A stretch of DNA of 63,953 nucleotides, the filler included, from Barthelona sp. PAP020 (taxonomy: Eukaryota), in assembly GCA_040182905.1 (NCBI GenBank). It is 5 parts of 5 records of this genome, joined end to end, with 100 filler letters (N's around TTAATTAATTAA, not from the genome) between each part and the next. Parts side by side here need not be neighbours in the genome. Positions count along the whole stretch, not along the records: positions 27,278 to 40,743 come from JARQWU010000323.1; positions 40,844 to 54,296 come from JARQWU010000324.1; 3 more parts are not named here. One strand, given 5' to 3'. The notes below the pieces were generated by a model, which had not been told where the DNA came from, made no database searches, and saw only the letters and a list, made by a program, of their open reading frames with translations. Positions 32,101 to 41,886 of this stretch are shown here, one piece after another (the stretch's first letter is position 1; every line of letters starts with the position of its first letter). The position numbers and the translations under genes were made by a program.

Positions 32101-32729
32101 CTCATAATTACGATTTGATTTCCTTATTCAAAAATAATTTTAATTTGAATGTTTTTATCTGTGAAAACACCCCTCTGTGTAATATTTTATTGAATAATTT
32201 ACTTGTCAATAATGAGATTGATGAAAATAAGGAAAAAATCTTGTTGCTTTTGTATGATTGGAACTGTGATTTCAACAGAAGCTACTTGTATACATTACTT
32301 GGTTGTTCATTCAATTATGAAATTCTCGAAGGTTATTATATGTATATTCGTGATCATTTTGAGGAAAGTGATGTGGTCGAAGGCAGCATGATTTCTCCTT
32401 TCATACAATATGATTTTGGAGTAGAAGGCACCATGATGGCTTTTGGTCTACTTTTAACTAACTTCAAATTCCGTGAATTGAACTTTTTGTTGGATAAGGG
32501 TTTCAATCCTCATTGTCAGTTGCATTCATGTGAAACAATGTCATTGATGGACATGTTATCCCATTTTGATGAGAGTTTTTTCAGACAATTATTGGAAGAG
32601 AATGTTTTTGTTAATAGTTTAAACATTGAACTTGCTGATTTAATGGAAGATGTTTTGAAGTTTGTTGATTATCTCAAAGAAAGAGCAAAAACTATTGAAA
32701 ATCCTGTGGAAATTGAAGAGTGTTATTAA
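29103..32729 (+). CDS. Multidomain WD40 protein (WD40 propeller, helical domain, acidic coiled-coil repeats, second beta-rich region, ankyrin-like tail), 1208 aa
   Basis: TASEDTKICVWN and LMGH...TGSVDETVKLWDL; internal repeats; LVHTAIQ/NTPLC and LLDKGFNP ankyrin-like segments. Confidence 0.8.
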   Translation: MDQNVISYLKSEYNSKFSTILHSIDIKTEHKKNINDIAESSKNIWVTASEDTKICVWNEDGGLIRILEDHSSSVFCVSFSFDGTFLVSCSKDLLIVYNTNDWNIYFKLEDNIGQIRDVIFITENVIGYINENGELVKINIETNIKEIDSNYSNLWKIYVSPKNTYLCLLNDSKVIVKSLVGEEVFFELMGHIQNVSALSINADETLMLTGSVDETVKLWDLHNGECLYTSPCFGSCIMGLDFLMDEICMCSTLYGEIKRWNYKSKTEEHIETINVASGNIFKHMMSLDEKRLYIIGYTTPAIIEIFSNTYTAQYFKDLVSNNFNDFVPLFIESSHQNGGIINGLIEKKLYTFADESILNLFYKGIFINKNEFDLILQAGVDVFCNEEVGEFYRFKLLKQAQEMSENMEALKFKSEESETRVCGLEEELAKKVTESETLKFKFEESETRVCGLEEELAKKICQETEDLVVDVQEQEQEQETIIENFEQLEEVEEQEQETIVENVEQLEEVEENDLVVIAQEEQEQEQEQETIVEDVEHFIEVADYDLVVGSQEEEEEEEELDHHQLLEENARHRYETFTGDYEEEDNEDECFHENESYSSYSIPKESIKKKYEKFIPKTRAFGCYSENNKAKYSCLDCDFHSPILSNTGKYIKTADKRQFYWDTKTLNIKGSSTGRVEFSDDDVYTYQSSIYNGVTVYEVESGKEVVNISFHTEEFDFITDKMKMDCLKIYLFGKNIIICFKDSKQAIVINFTDVDNLIIENIAEFFIKPFTFLKTNLISDYTNNLFYQVDDETIVVYDYSIKKKLCTTKIEEVQTEFKDCTKRWICLENRLILKTKHFIRIYSFDYISSNLKIENTHEFDTDKVSIHEFRSMYPMKLICPNLFGFFSKSMDLLYIFDIHQNSIIKTYESKIWGGANIQHLFFIDDTNILVQTEFNQMNSPINTFVFEIDYVHSPSASSSILTQLKTNIQQQNVQIVEELLANIDKPFLDQIMLVHTAIQTHNYDLISLFKNNFNLNVFICENTPLCNILLNNLLVNNEIDENKEKILLLLYDWNCDFNRSYLYTLLGCSFNYEILEGYYMYIRDHFEESDVVEGSMISPFIQYDFGVEGTMMAFGLLLTNFKFRELNFLLDKGFNPHCQLHSCETMSLMDMLSHFDESFFRQLLEENVFVNSLNIELADLMEDVLKFVDYLKERAKTIENPVEIEECY
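30328..30478 (+). repeat. Two near-identical in-frame copies of an 84-nt-period repeat (LKFK[SF]EESETRVCGLEEELAKK)
   Basis: Direct repeat visible at the DNA level, with copies starting at 30328 and 30412. Confidence 0.9.
30498..30779 (+). repeat. Acidic imperfect repeats (DLVV...EQEQEQETIVE.VEQLEEVE) with GAACAA and GAA runs
   Basis: Three ETI[IV]E units, three DLVV units and a poly-GAA tract. Confidence 0.85.
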
Positions 32730-33008
32730 AATCAGCATTTTTTATTTGGTTTGCGGGTAAGCAAAGCACAAGCAGACACTCTTTTACCCTTTTTAAATAA
32801 AGTTAATTTATTTCTCCCTTTTTTTTTTATGGATCTGTCATGTTTGATCATGATCTAACGATCAATCATTTGTGTTGAGTTTTTTGAAGTTTTCATCAAT
32901 TTTTTTTTATATTTTTCTCTTTGTGACATCTGACATCTAACAAAATAAAAAAACAAAAAATTACAATTATTTATAGAAAAATACAAACGCAACCAGATTC
33001 TTTCTCTT

Positions 33009-36000
33009 TTACAACTGTCCAACTACATTGAATTGATCTGCTAATTTTCTTTGATGAATCTTTCGATGACCCTTGACTGCTCTGCTATCAATTTCAATTT
33101 CCATATCCGGATCATCATCAGTTTCACCTTCCCACTCATAATAAGGTGTTGGTTCAGAAAATGCATCCATAGTCTTGTCTTTTTCTAATTGAGCCTTTCT
33201 CCAATTTGCACTCACATCAAACAATCTTCCATCTAAATGTAACTTCTTTAATTTACTAATCACCACCTTTAAAACATCGATATTATCTAATTGCCAAATA
33301 TATTGCCAACCTGAACTTGTGTCTGAGCTATTTTCGTCATAAAAATCGTTTAAGATCCCTGCCATCCTGATTATCCCTCGAGAATACGGAATACCATTTT
33401 GTGCCAGTAAATCATTACCAACTCTACTAACTCTTTGTCTGGGATCAAAAATTAAAGCATTGTAAATAAAACCGCTTAAACGGAAAAATAGAAGCAATAG
33501 ACTATAGAAAGGATAAGAATATAACGATAATGTTGAAAACTTGTGTTGTTCAGGGATTTTGAACCAATTCAACAACATCAATTGTAACACATTGAATATT
33601 AGCAGGCCCAATAGTCCAATGGCAAATAATTTGGCATTGGAATAGATTCCCCAAGCAATAAAAAAAAGCCTGAAAATATCTTGGAAGATGGTCCACATTT
33701 CAAGAAACATATATATCTTAACCAATATTCTATTCCATCCCCACACTTTAATAATCAATTTAGCCAATTGAAAGAATAATCTAAAGGGAACCACATCCCA
33801 ACTGCGTACTCTTTGTCTAAAAAGTCCTTTCAAAGTACCACAAGCTTCAGTCTTCACTAAAACACTACCACTCCCAAGAAAAGTCTTACTTGGCATGTGT
33901 TCATACACAATCAATCCCATTTGAAGATCTTCCCCTTGGAATTTACCATCATGCTGTTGTAAATCTTGCATAAGAAAGCAAGTTTTCCAAATGCTGATAG
34001 CGCCATGTGGTGCGATGCAAAAACCTCCAACACTTGATTGAAACAGTCTATTTGCACCACTCTTTTTATATTCAATGTCTTGCATTCTACATAGCCACGA
34101 ATTTTCAACCTGGTTTTTGAAAGCACAGATCGGATACAATGATCCAACAACATGTGGTTGATATAATTTGCTGGGTATTGGCATATCATATGGAATTAAC
34201 GTGTCATCATCAAGAATAATTGTATATTCAGGGATCTCATGTGGACTCTCCTTTATTTGTTGTTCTGTAACATGAATACTGGACCTCAATAAAATGTGAT
34301 AGACGCTCCAAGTGACAGCTAACGTTTTGGAAGCAAATGGAACCCAAATATAATAAATCGAGGGGTGTACTGAACGTACAACATGTTCTAAATGTGGATC
34401 GGGGATCATAAATCTGTTAAAAGGATGGATTGCATTATCAATGACAATTATGTGAGGGAAAGAGATCTCAGTTGATGACATCAACTCATGACCGACATAT
34501 CGAACGGCACATTTTAAAGTTTTTCGAATTTTTTCATAATGAGCCTCTCTATTTTCTTCTTTCCATTGTCCCATTGTTGGAATCAATATTGATAATCGTT
34601 CTCTTTGTGTTGGTGGAGGTCTTCTTGCAACCTCAAAAGGCCATGGGGTTAAAAAAACTATAAACGGTAAAAATACATCCAGTATCATAGCTGGAAATGC
34701 TCCATATTGCCATAATTGATCTAAATAATATGTTAATTTAGATTGTCCAGTGATATAAATGAATAGGACAATGATAACTAACAATAATACAATAAAATTA
34801 AGGTAATGCAGGCATTTTGAACGTTTTAAATGCTCTAAATCCATTTCTATCTGTCGACTACTCCAGTCTTTCCATTCATACAGTGTTTTTTTCCATTTTG
34901 CTAAATCTTGAGCATATGATAACAAAATCTTATGTGATTTCATTGCTTCAATGTATTCATTTATTTCATCATCGTCTGGCATCTCCCATTCAGTCGAATC
35001 TGAATCTTCCTCATTCAGATAGATTTGGGTAGGTCCCTGTGAAATATTAGAATTAGCTATTCCTTGAGCAGCTGCTTGAGCAGCTGCTTGTTGTTGTGCA
35101 AATAATTGTTGTTGTTGTAGTTGAACAATATCTACTTGATTCAGTTGTTCAGCAACTTGAGTAGCCAGTGCTACTTGCTGTTCAGGAGTGAAATTCTCAT
35201 AGTCCAAAAAGGCAACATCCTCAATTCGATTGATCTGTGGTGTAAAATTGTTCATCTGGTTATCCAAATTACCCATTCGTATTCCTTCCTCAAAATCTAC
35301 TTCATCATTTATATCAGTCATACTATTTTCACTGTTCGAATCTTCATCTGACTCTGTATCCTCAAAATGACCATTTTCAATATTTCCAGGCATTGAATTG
35401 AACTGCATTGTGTCAAATCCTGACATTGGGGAATTGTTTGAACTAAGTGCCCTGGAATTAAGTCCAGTATTAACTGTCAATGGAACATCACTCTCATAAA
35501 CATCAGAATTATCCTCAAATGATGAATCATTCTCAACTCGAATTCCGTCTACATTAATTTGATATTCTGATTCTGATTCTGACCGGGACTTTGAATCATA
35601 TTCTGAGTCATATTCTGAGTCATATTTAGAATCGTACTCTGAGTCATACTCAGATGAATCAATGCAATGAAGCTTATCCTCGTTATCAAACTCTTGGAAA
35701 AATTGTTCTTCATTGGAGGCTGGGGGCTGATGGTTGCTGATGATATTATTTGATTCAAGCATGGGAAAAGAAGCAGGTTGATAAGGGCTATTGGAATTTT
35801 GTCCAAAAAGACACGGTAATGACTCCAAAGAGGTTGATTTGTTCACATTGTGTGAATTTTTGATTCTGAAATCAGATTGATTTGGAACATTAGGTGCATT
35901 GGAAAAGGAAGCATTGTTGGAAGCATCTGACAATGGTAAAGAAGCACGCAAAGGATTTACAAAAGGCACAGGTACAGCAATGGAATTCGAGGGAACCTTG

Positions 36001-36518
36001 CTGTGAAAAAAAACTGGGACAGAAACTGCATGAGGATTATGTGTTAAACCCAGTTCAGGAGGTCCATTTGATGCTAAAGATCTAATTCCTTGACTCTCAA
36101 CATCATTAGGAGGTACTTCAATGCTAACTTCACTGGAAGAAGTTTTTGAAGAGGAAGAACTCCTTCGATTTTCTTCATAACAACTTGAATCACTACCAGA
36201 CGACCTCCGCTCATTTATCACAAACCCATAATTACTAGAGAGTGCATCTTCTTGTTCCTCAAATTTTTTAATCATTCTTCTGTTTGTTGAACTTAGAAAA
36301 CTATTTTTAGCCAATATTAAAGACATCAAACTCGTTTTTGCATGATTTTCCTCTTTGTTTCCTTTAGAAATATTTTCAACATTATCCTTAGCTAATTTTC
36401 TATGATTCTTTTCAATTTCAACATGGTTTTCATCAATACTATTATCATTTACAGATTCAATATTGAATAAATTACTATCTATTATCTCTTCATCTGATAT
36501 ATATCCTCGTTTACCCAT
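33009..36518 (-). CDS. Processive membrane GT2 glycosyltransferase (chitin/hyaluronan/cellulose synthase superfamily) with a long disordered N-terminus
   Basis: Two TM segments, then VIDN, ILDDDT, MQDIEY, HGAISIW, GEDLQMG and LFRQRVRSW, then 3-4 further TM segments. Confidence 0.85.
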   Translation of the reverse strand: MGKRGYISDEEIIDSNLFNIESVNDNSIDENHVEIEKNHRKLAKDNVENISKGNKEENHAKTSLMSLILAKNSFLSSTNRRMIKKFEEQEDALSSNYGFVINERRSSGSDSSCYEENRRSSSSSKTSSSEVSIEVPPNDVESQGIRSLASNGPPELGLTHNPHAVSVPVFFHSKVPSNSIAVPVPFVNPLRASLPLSDASNNASFSNAPNVPNQSDFRIKNSHNVNKSTSLESLPCLFGQNSNSPYQPASFPMLESNNIISNHQPPASNEEQFFQEFDNEDKLHCIDSSEYDSEYDSKYDSEYDSEYDSKSRSESESEYQINVDGIRVENDSSFEDNSDVYESDVPLTVNTGLNSRALSSNNSPMSGFDTMQFNSMPGNIENGHFEDTESDEDSNSENSMTDINDEVDFEEGIRMGNLDNQMNNFTPQINRIEDVAFLDYENFTPEQQVALATQVAEQLNQVDIVQLQQQQLFAQQQAAAQAAAQGIANSNISQGPTQIYLNEEDSDSTEWEMPDDDEINEYIEAMKSHKILLSYAQDLAKWKKTLYEWKDWSSRQIEMDLEHLKRSKCLHYLNFIVLLLVIIVLFIYITGQSKLTYYLDQLWQYGAFPAMILDVFLPFIVFLTPWPFEVARRPPPTQRERLSILIPTMGQWKEENREAHYEKIRKTLKCAVRYVGHELMSSTEISFPHIIVIDNAIHPFNRFMIPDPHLEHVVRSVHPSIYYIWVPFASKTLAVTWSVYHILLRSSIHVTEQQIKESPHEIPEYTIILDDDTLIPYDMPIPSKLYQPHVVGSLYPICAFKNQVENSWLCRMQDIEYKKSGANRLFQSSVGGFCIAPHGAISIWKTCFLMQDLQQHDGKFQGEDLQMGLIVYEHMPSKTFLGSGSVLVKTEACGTLKGLFRQRVRSWDVVPFRLFFQLAKLIIKVWGWNRILVKIYMFLEMWTIFQDIFRLFFIAWGIYSNAKLFAIGLLGLLIFNVLQLMLLNWFKIPEQHKFSTLSLYSYPFYSLLLLFFRLSGFIYNALIFDPRQRVSRVGNDLLAQNGIPYSRGIIRMAGILNDFYDENSSDTSSGWQYIWQLDNIDVLKVVISKLKKLHLDGRLFDVSANWRKAQLEKDKTMDAFSEPTPYYEWEGETDDDPDMEIEIDSRAVKGHRKIHQRKLADQFNVVGQL
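35593..35652 (-). repeat. Five 12-nt tandem units encoding (S[EK]YD)n inside the GT2 N-terminus
   Basis: GA[AG]TC[AG]TA.. 12-mers on the + strand. Confidence 0.9.
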
Positions 36519-36896
36519 TCTATCCAGACATATTAATTCGTTTAATTATAAAAAAAAGATTAAAAAAATTTCTTTCACAAATTGGAACAATTTTTGTTCA
36601 CATATTTTATTGACGAATCTTTGAATCAAGTTCATTTTTGAGAAGGATAAATAATAAAATAACATGAGATGATTGATCTTTTGAGAAATATTCCTTTAAT
36701 AGTTCTTTGTTATTTATAGTTTTGAAAGCACCTTGCAGATATTTGTTCTAAATTAAACTAAAGGTAAAATAATCAATCAACACTCAAAAAAAAAAAAACT
36801 CCAGATACCATTCTGGTCAACAACCCAATCACCACTATTTACAAATATTATAATTATTTAATGCAAAAAATTTAAACTTATGATTGAATAAAAAAA

Positions 36897-37904
36897 TTAC
36901 ACATCCAACAATGGTTGATTTTCATCCAAACCATTTGCTATTTCATAAATTGCTTCAACCTCATCAATTTCATTCTTTAATTGTTGTGATTTATATTCAA
37001 CAATATTTAGAAAAACAAAACATGCTAAAAAAAAAAGAATTCCGATAATCTGAAGAGTACTTACAATATCTTTGAAGAAAAATGCATCATAACAAATTGC
37101 AATAGGAATCGTTAATCCCATAGAAACAGAAGCAACTAAAGGAGATGTCATTACAGCAGCATGAACATACAAAGATTCTCCAATCATGGTGGCAAAACAC
37201 ACAACAAGCATTAAAGCAAATTGTTTAAAATCAGGCATCAAAAATACGTTATCTTTGAACGAACTGAACAGAAAACCAAAAGGAATGGTGGCAAATATAC
37301 CGTAGACACCAACAAGACTAAACAACAAGGTAACCTCCAAAGAACTACCTTCTTTACCTTTGAACATCCATTCAATCACCGTTGCATATGAACCAAAAAA
37401 GATAGCCGCAACTAAAGCTTCAATATCAGCATTGATGGGGACATACCCACTTCTGGACATATCATTCAACATTGAAATTATAACACCACCAAAACATCCA
37501 CATAATGCTAAAATAAGCCTCCAATTAATTTTATGAGAAAAAAAAATAATTGAAAAGATTAAAGAAAATACACAAGCAGAGTTGGTTATTGTTTCTACAG
37601 GTCCCACTGCTGCTTTAGATATTTTCAAAGCATCAAAATAAAAAAAATTCCCACAATAGAATACCAACATATAAAGAAAGGCAGGAATACGCAATTGTTT
37701 CCAATAACCTTTCTTTTCTTCATTAGAAAGACATAACCAACGCGGTAGATATGAACAAAATGTTAATACTATAGTTGCGGTCAATCCAAAAGAACTATCA
37801 TAATTAATATGAGAATAAAGTAATTCTGATATAACTGATGTTGTAACAAATATCAATGATGCAAAAACTAACACAAATACACCCAACGAATATCGAAAAT
37901 TCAT
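36897..37904 (-). CDS. DMT/EamA-superfamily transporter, SLC35F5/Thi74-like
   Basis: About 10 TM segments, AIFFGSYATVI, LFSLVGVYG, TSPLVASVSMGLTIPIAI, and a C-terminal ENQPLL dileucine motif. Confidence 0.85.
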   Translation of the reverse strand: MNFRYSLGVFVLVFASLIFVTTSVISELLYSHINYDSSFGLTATIVLTFCSYLPRWLCLSNEEKKGYWKQLRIPAFLYMLVFYCGNFFYFDALKISKAAVGPVETITNSACVFSLIFSIIFFSHKINWRLILALCGCFGGVIISMLNDMSRSGYVPINADIEALVAAIFFGSYATVIEWMFKGKEGSSLEVTLLFSLVGVYGIFATIPFGFLFSSFKDNVFLMPDFKQFALMLVVCFATMIGESLYVHAAVMTSPLVASVSMGLTIPIAICYDAFFFKDIVSTLQIIGILFFLACFVFLNIVEYKSQQLKNEIDEVEAIYEIANGLDENQPLLDV

Positions 37905-38161
37905 GCAAAAAATTGTTGAAACAACTATCTCATCTTTTGCATGGTCAAAAGAATGATTTCTTTGGATCCAAAATCACTCAAGTAGCACAAAATAAAACTA
38001 TGTAAAATTGATCAAAAACCAATTCAACCCCATAGCTTCAAATATCAAAACGAATTTCTTAATCACTTAAGGTTTTGTTCCCATTTTAATATTTTTTAAG
38101 AACAGAACAAACATGTCTCCGAAACAGAAGAAAGTTTCTTTTAAAAACAAATAGAAATAAT

Positions 38162-38923
38162 TTATCTTGGATATGGAGTATTTTCTAATTTTTTGCCGAT
38201 GCTCTTGTGAAAAATTCGGCATTGATAAATGCCTGCATGAATTCGACCAACAAAATGATCTGCTAATCGTTTGTCAGTATCCAACAATGATAACGTTGCT
38301 CCACAAATTTCACAAACAGCGTCATTGACCGAACTTTTGTTGTCCAATTCATTGTTTTGTCTTAGTGCGCTCATTTCTTGCTGAAAATTATCCAACATTG
38401 ATGATTTTCTCTGATTCAATTCTTCCAATTCTTCCATGTGTTCTAAACAAGTGTGTAATTGACCATTTACACCAAAATGATACGCATTGGCGATATTTTC
38501 AGTAATGTTATCATTTATTTCGGTAAAATCTGGTGGTATCAATGAATTTCCCAATCTTAAACCTTCAGATAATATCCTTGATTCTAGTCGTCTTTTGGCA
38601 TCTTTAACTTTTTCATCAGCATAATAAATTACTTCATGTAAACTTCGTTCCCAATTCCAATAAAAAGGATATGTTAATTTTTCTTTTTCATCCAAATTAT
38701 CAAAAATATCTTTTAAGGTTTTTGAATGTGTTTTTGGACATGAACTTGAAGTATATTTCTGACCTTTCTTTACATATAATAATAAATCATGTGTACATAA
38801 TCCACATAAGTAATTTTTGCAAATGGAATTATCCATTAAACGTTTCCTAATGTTATTTTCACCTAATAATTCACCTTTTTTTCCAACTAACGATTGTAAT
38901 TCTGTCGCAAAAGAGGTATTCAT
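38162..38923 (-). CDS. LUC7: LUC7 U1 snRNP-associated zinc-finger protein
   Basis: CKNYLCGLCTHDLL...CPKTH and VCEICGATLS..D.DKRLADHFVGRIH. The start at MNTSF (38923) fits family length. Confidence 0.93.
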   Translation of the reverse strand: MNTSFATELQSLVGKKGELLGENNIRKRLMDNSICKNYLCGLCTHDLLLYVKKGQKYTSSSCPKTHSKTLKDIFDNLDEKEKLTYPFYWNWERSLHEVIYYADEKVKDAKRRLESRILSEGLRLGNSLIPPDFTEINDNITENIANAYHFGVNGQLHTCLEHMEELEELNQRKSSMLDNFQQEMSALRQNNELDNKSSVNDAVCEICGATLSLLDTDKRLADHFVGRIHAGIYQCRIFHKSIGKKLENTPYPR

Positions 38924-39284
38924 ACAAAACAAGAAAATGAAGTATCCATTTTTTTTTTCAATTTGGTTTTTATTGACAAATAAAAAATGTTCTAAAACTG
39001 TTGAATTCATTTCAAAAAAATAATATTACTAACCCAATAATTTGTTTCAAATTCAACAACAATTCCTTTCCTTTTAGATTTATTGATGAACCAGAACGCT
39101 ATTAATACAAGTGGAGAAACCATTGAATATGATGAAATGATGAAACAATATTGTACAATTTTACAAAATGAAGGGTTCATAGATGAAGCAATCATTGTTT
39201 GTCCATCACCATTTCTTAATGATACAACAAAAGCAATCAAAAATACAAAAGAACAAAAAAATTAGGTAGAATTTTACAAGGATG

Positions 39285-40250
39285 TTACTTTCTATTTTTC
39301 TTTCCATTATTTGCTTTACGATTCCTTTTCAACTTTGAAGGAATGTTTGTCTTATTGTTTGTATCTTTATGTGTCATGTTAAACACTTTTGGAGTTGAAA
39401 TCAATTCACTTTCATAGGTTACATCACTTTCAACATTTAATTTTTGCTCATTGAGTTTTTCAAAAATAGGAGCTACTTTATCTCTACCAGTTGCCAAACA
39501 TATATAATGAAAAAGCATTGCAAATTGATTTTGTGTGTAAGAAGTTGGCGTTTGGATTTTAAGAACCTTTCCAATAGCATCAGGTACATCTAAACTCATA
39601 GCATGTTCAGAACAATGAAAATAAAATGAATCAGAATTATTTGAAGATTTGTCAGATCTATAGCACAAGTCTTCAAAGAAAAATTTAACATTTTTGCTTA
39701 AAGCAATGGAGATATCGCAAAATGTATCATCTTTAATGGTGCGATCAATTTTAAAGTTCAAAAGAGAAGCAACCTTGTTTTCCAAAAACATCATCTTCTC
39801 AATGTTGTGAATTTTTTCATTTTTTGCTTGAATTTCTCTTTGATTATTATATATTGATTCATTTATTTCTTCTTGATTTGATAAAAAACTACTTTTCTCT
39901 TTTTCAAGTTGATTAACATGCTTTTTCAATGAATGAATGTCTTTCTTTTCTTTTTCAAGATTCTTTTGAAGCTCATTCTTTTCATTTGACATTGTATCAA
40001 TGGCATTTCTTAAATCATCCAACTTTTTTCTTAGTGCAGTTTTAATTTCAGTTTCTTTGTCAACCAATTTTCTGTTATATTCAATAGTTTCTTCTAACAA
40101 TCGCTGTTTTTCATTTATCAATGAATCAATTTCATATCGATTCTGCATCATCAATTTTTTTCGTTCAGGTGTGGTTTGTGAAATATCAGAAGTTTCATTT
40201 CCATAAAAATATGGTGCACGTTTGTGATCTTCGGGAGTGAACACATTCAT
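39285..40250 (-). CDS. Coiled-coil plus C-terminal globular domain protein; possibly Csm1/monopolin-like RWD
   Basis: Coiled coil of about 130 aa, then a beta-beta-beta-helix pattern ending VPDAIG...QFAMLFHYICLA, then a basic tail. Confidence 0.6.
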   Translation of the reverse strand: MNVFTPEDHKRAPYFYGNETSDISQTTPERKKLMMQNRYEIDSLINEKQRLLEETIEYNRKLVDKETEIKTALRKKLDDLRNAIDTMSNEKNELQKNLEKEKKDIHSLKKHVNQLEKEKSSFLSNQEEINESIYNNQREIQAKNEKIHNIEKMMFLENKVASLLNFKIDRTIKDDTFCDISIALSKNVKFFFEDLCYRSDKSSNNSDSFYFHCSEHAMSLDVPDAIGKVLKIQTPTSYTQNQFAMLFHYICLATGRDKVAPIFEKLNEQKLNVESDVTYESELISTPKVFNMTHKDTNNKTNIPSKLKRNRKANNGKKNRK

Positions 40251-40424
40251 TTTCACAAAGTATCAATAAAATTAATTAAAAGAGTTACTTTCACTTCAGG
40301 ATTTTATTTTTCAATTCACTTTTCTATTGATGATATTTACATATATAATTTTTTTAATTCAAAGAAAAAAACATTCAATCAAGATAGCCAAAACTGTAAA
40401 GAAACAATTTGTTTTTTTTCTTCC

Positions 40425-40743
40425 ATGAACCGTTCATTATATGATCGCGATATTGCGACATTTTCACCAGAAGGAGATTTACATCAAGTTGATTATGCTT
40501 GTCAATGTTCAAAACAATATGGATCAGCAACGATTGGTATCAGAACCAAAACTCATTTAATTTTGTGTGCTTTAAAGAAAGATATTGGTTCATTAGCACA
40601 TTCACATCAAAAAATATTCAAATTAAACACCCATACTGCATGTGTTGGCTTGGGACTTACTTCAGATGTTCGTTTACTGACAAATTTTTTGAAATCAGAA
40701 TGTCGTTCTCATAACTATGTGTATTCCGAACATATTCCTACAA
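40425..40743 (+). CDS. PSMA1: 20S proteasome alpha-6 subunit (PSMA1), 5' part truncated by the linker
   Basis: YDRDIATFSPEGDLHQVDYA, GSATIGIRTKTH, ALKK and GLTSDVRLLTNFLKSEC. Confidence 0.85.
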
Positions 40744-40843
40744 NNNNNNNNNNNNNNNNNNNNNNNNNNNNNNNNNNNNNNNNNNNNTTAATTAATTAAN
40801 NNNNNNNNNNNNNNNNNNNNNNNNNNNNNNNNNNNNNNNNNNN
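40744..40843. other. Artificial contig linker N44-TTAATTAATTAA-N44
   Basis: Same block as the other joins. Confidence 0.97.
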
Positions 40844-40948
40844 TGGTAAAAATACAATATTCTTTTCATCTGAATGAACAATACCTTGTTCTTGGGAACA
40901 TAAAATACCCACAGTTTTTGATATTTCGTATGAAAGATAAGAAGGCAT
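40844..40948 (-). CDS. 5' end of a probable WDR3/UTP12-like gene, truncated by the linker
   Basis: MPSYLSYEISKTVGILCSQEQGIVHSDEKNIVFLP resembles WDR3 YLRYVASAVFGVIGSQKGNIVF. Only 35 codons are visible. Confidence 0.4.
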
Positions 40949-41384
40949 GTCTTAAACGGAATTTAAAATGAAAATGAATAAAATGAAATTTTGTATTTGA
41001 AGGTTTATCAATTGCAATCTTCAAATCCTTTTAAAAATTCATATTATATTCCTTTGTTCGTTTATTTATTTATTTGTTTGCTTTGAATAACAATCAAAAA
41101 ATAATCATCTGGGTGACACTTTTACAAAAACCATAAATTTTTATATTCAAAATTAAAAATATCCCAACATATTTATGAATGTTATAACAATAAATCTTTT
41201 TACACTCCAAAATTATTAACATGAAAAAAGACAGAATTCTACTGTTTTCATCAAAAGTATTAGCTCTGCTTCATAGATTTGAAAATTTTATCCAACAACT
41301 CCAATTTTATATCTTCTATAGATAAATTGCAGGAAATTTAGCACAATCAAGAAGACGGAATTTCGGAATTTACTTGTTTTTGAC

Positions 41385-41404
41385 AGAGAGAGAGAGAGAG
41401 AGAG
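41385..41404. repeat. (AG)10 microsatellite
   Basis: Seen directly. Confidence 0.9.
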
Positions 41405-41886
41405 CTGTGATGTTCCAGAAACTTCTTTTAAAGAAAATTTCCAAAAACTTCAAATATTCTAACATCATGCTTACCATAAAAAAGTCTTTAAGATTTATAA
41501 AAAGAATCTAACTAAAACCAAAAAAATATGATAAATCCTCCAAACTACATCTATTTAAATCAATAGCAAAGAATAAACATGTAACAAAACATTTTTGAGG
41601 GGAAAGAATCACCAAATTTATAATAGTCCCACAAAAAATTGGTGCTATTCCAAAACGTGTATTGAATTAACACCGAAATGGATGGAAATATTTTGAAAAT
41701 TAGATTATAATCAATACATCAAACGTTTCTAAATAATGGGTGCATGGACTTCAAATGGAGAATAAAAAACAAAAAAATAAACAAGTGTAACCCAACTGCC
41801 ATAGTAAAAAGAGAACTATTGTATGAAAATACAAATAATTGAAATATGCCGGCAATATGATATTTTATGCTAAATTTCCATGCTAA

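Noticed and set aside
32750..32790. Small hairpins (TTTGC-GGGTAA-GCAAA; GGGTAA...TTACCC) as an ncRNA or SECIS element
   Set aside because: The stems are short, there are no family motifs, and the neighbouring genes have no in-frame TGA.
39083..39150. TGATGA box C-like motifs suggesting a C/D snoRNA
   Set aside because: No downstream CTGA box D or terminal stem was found.
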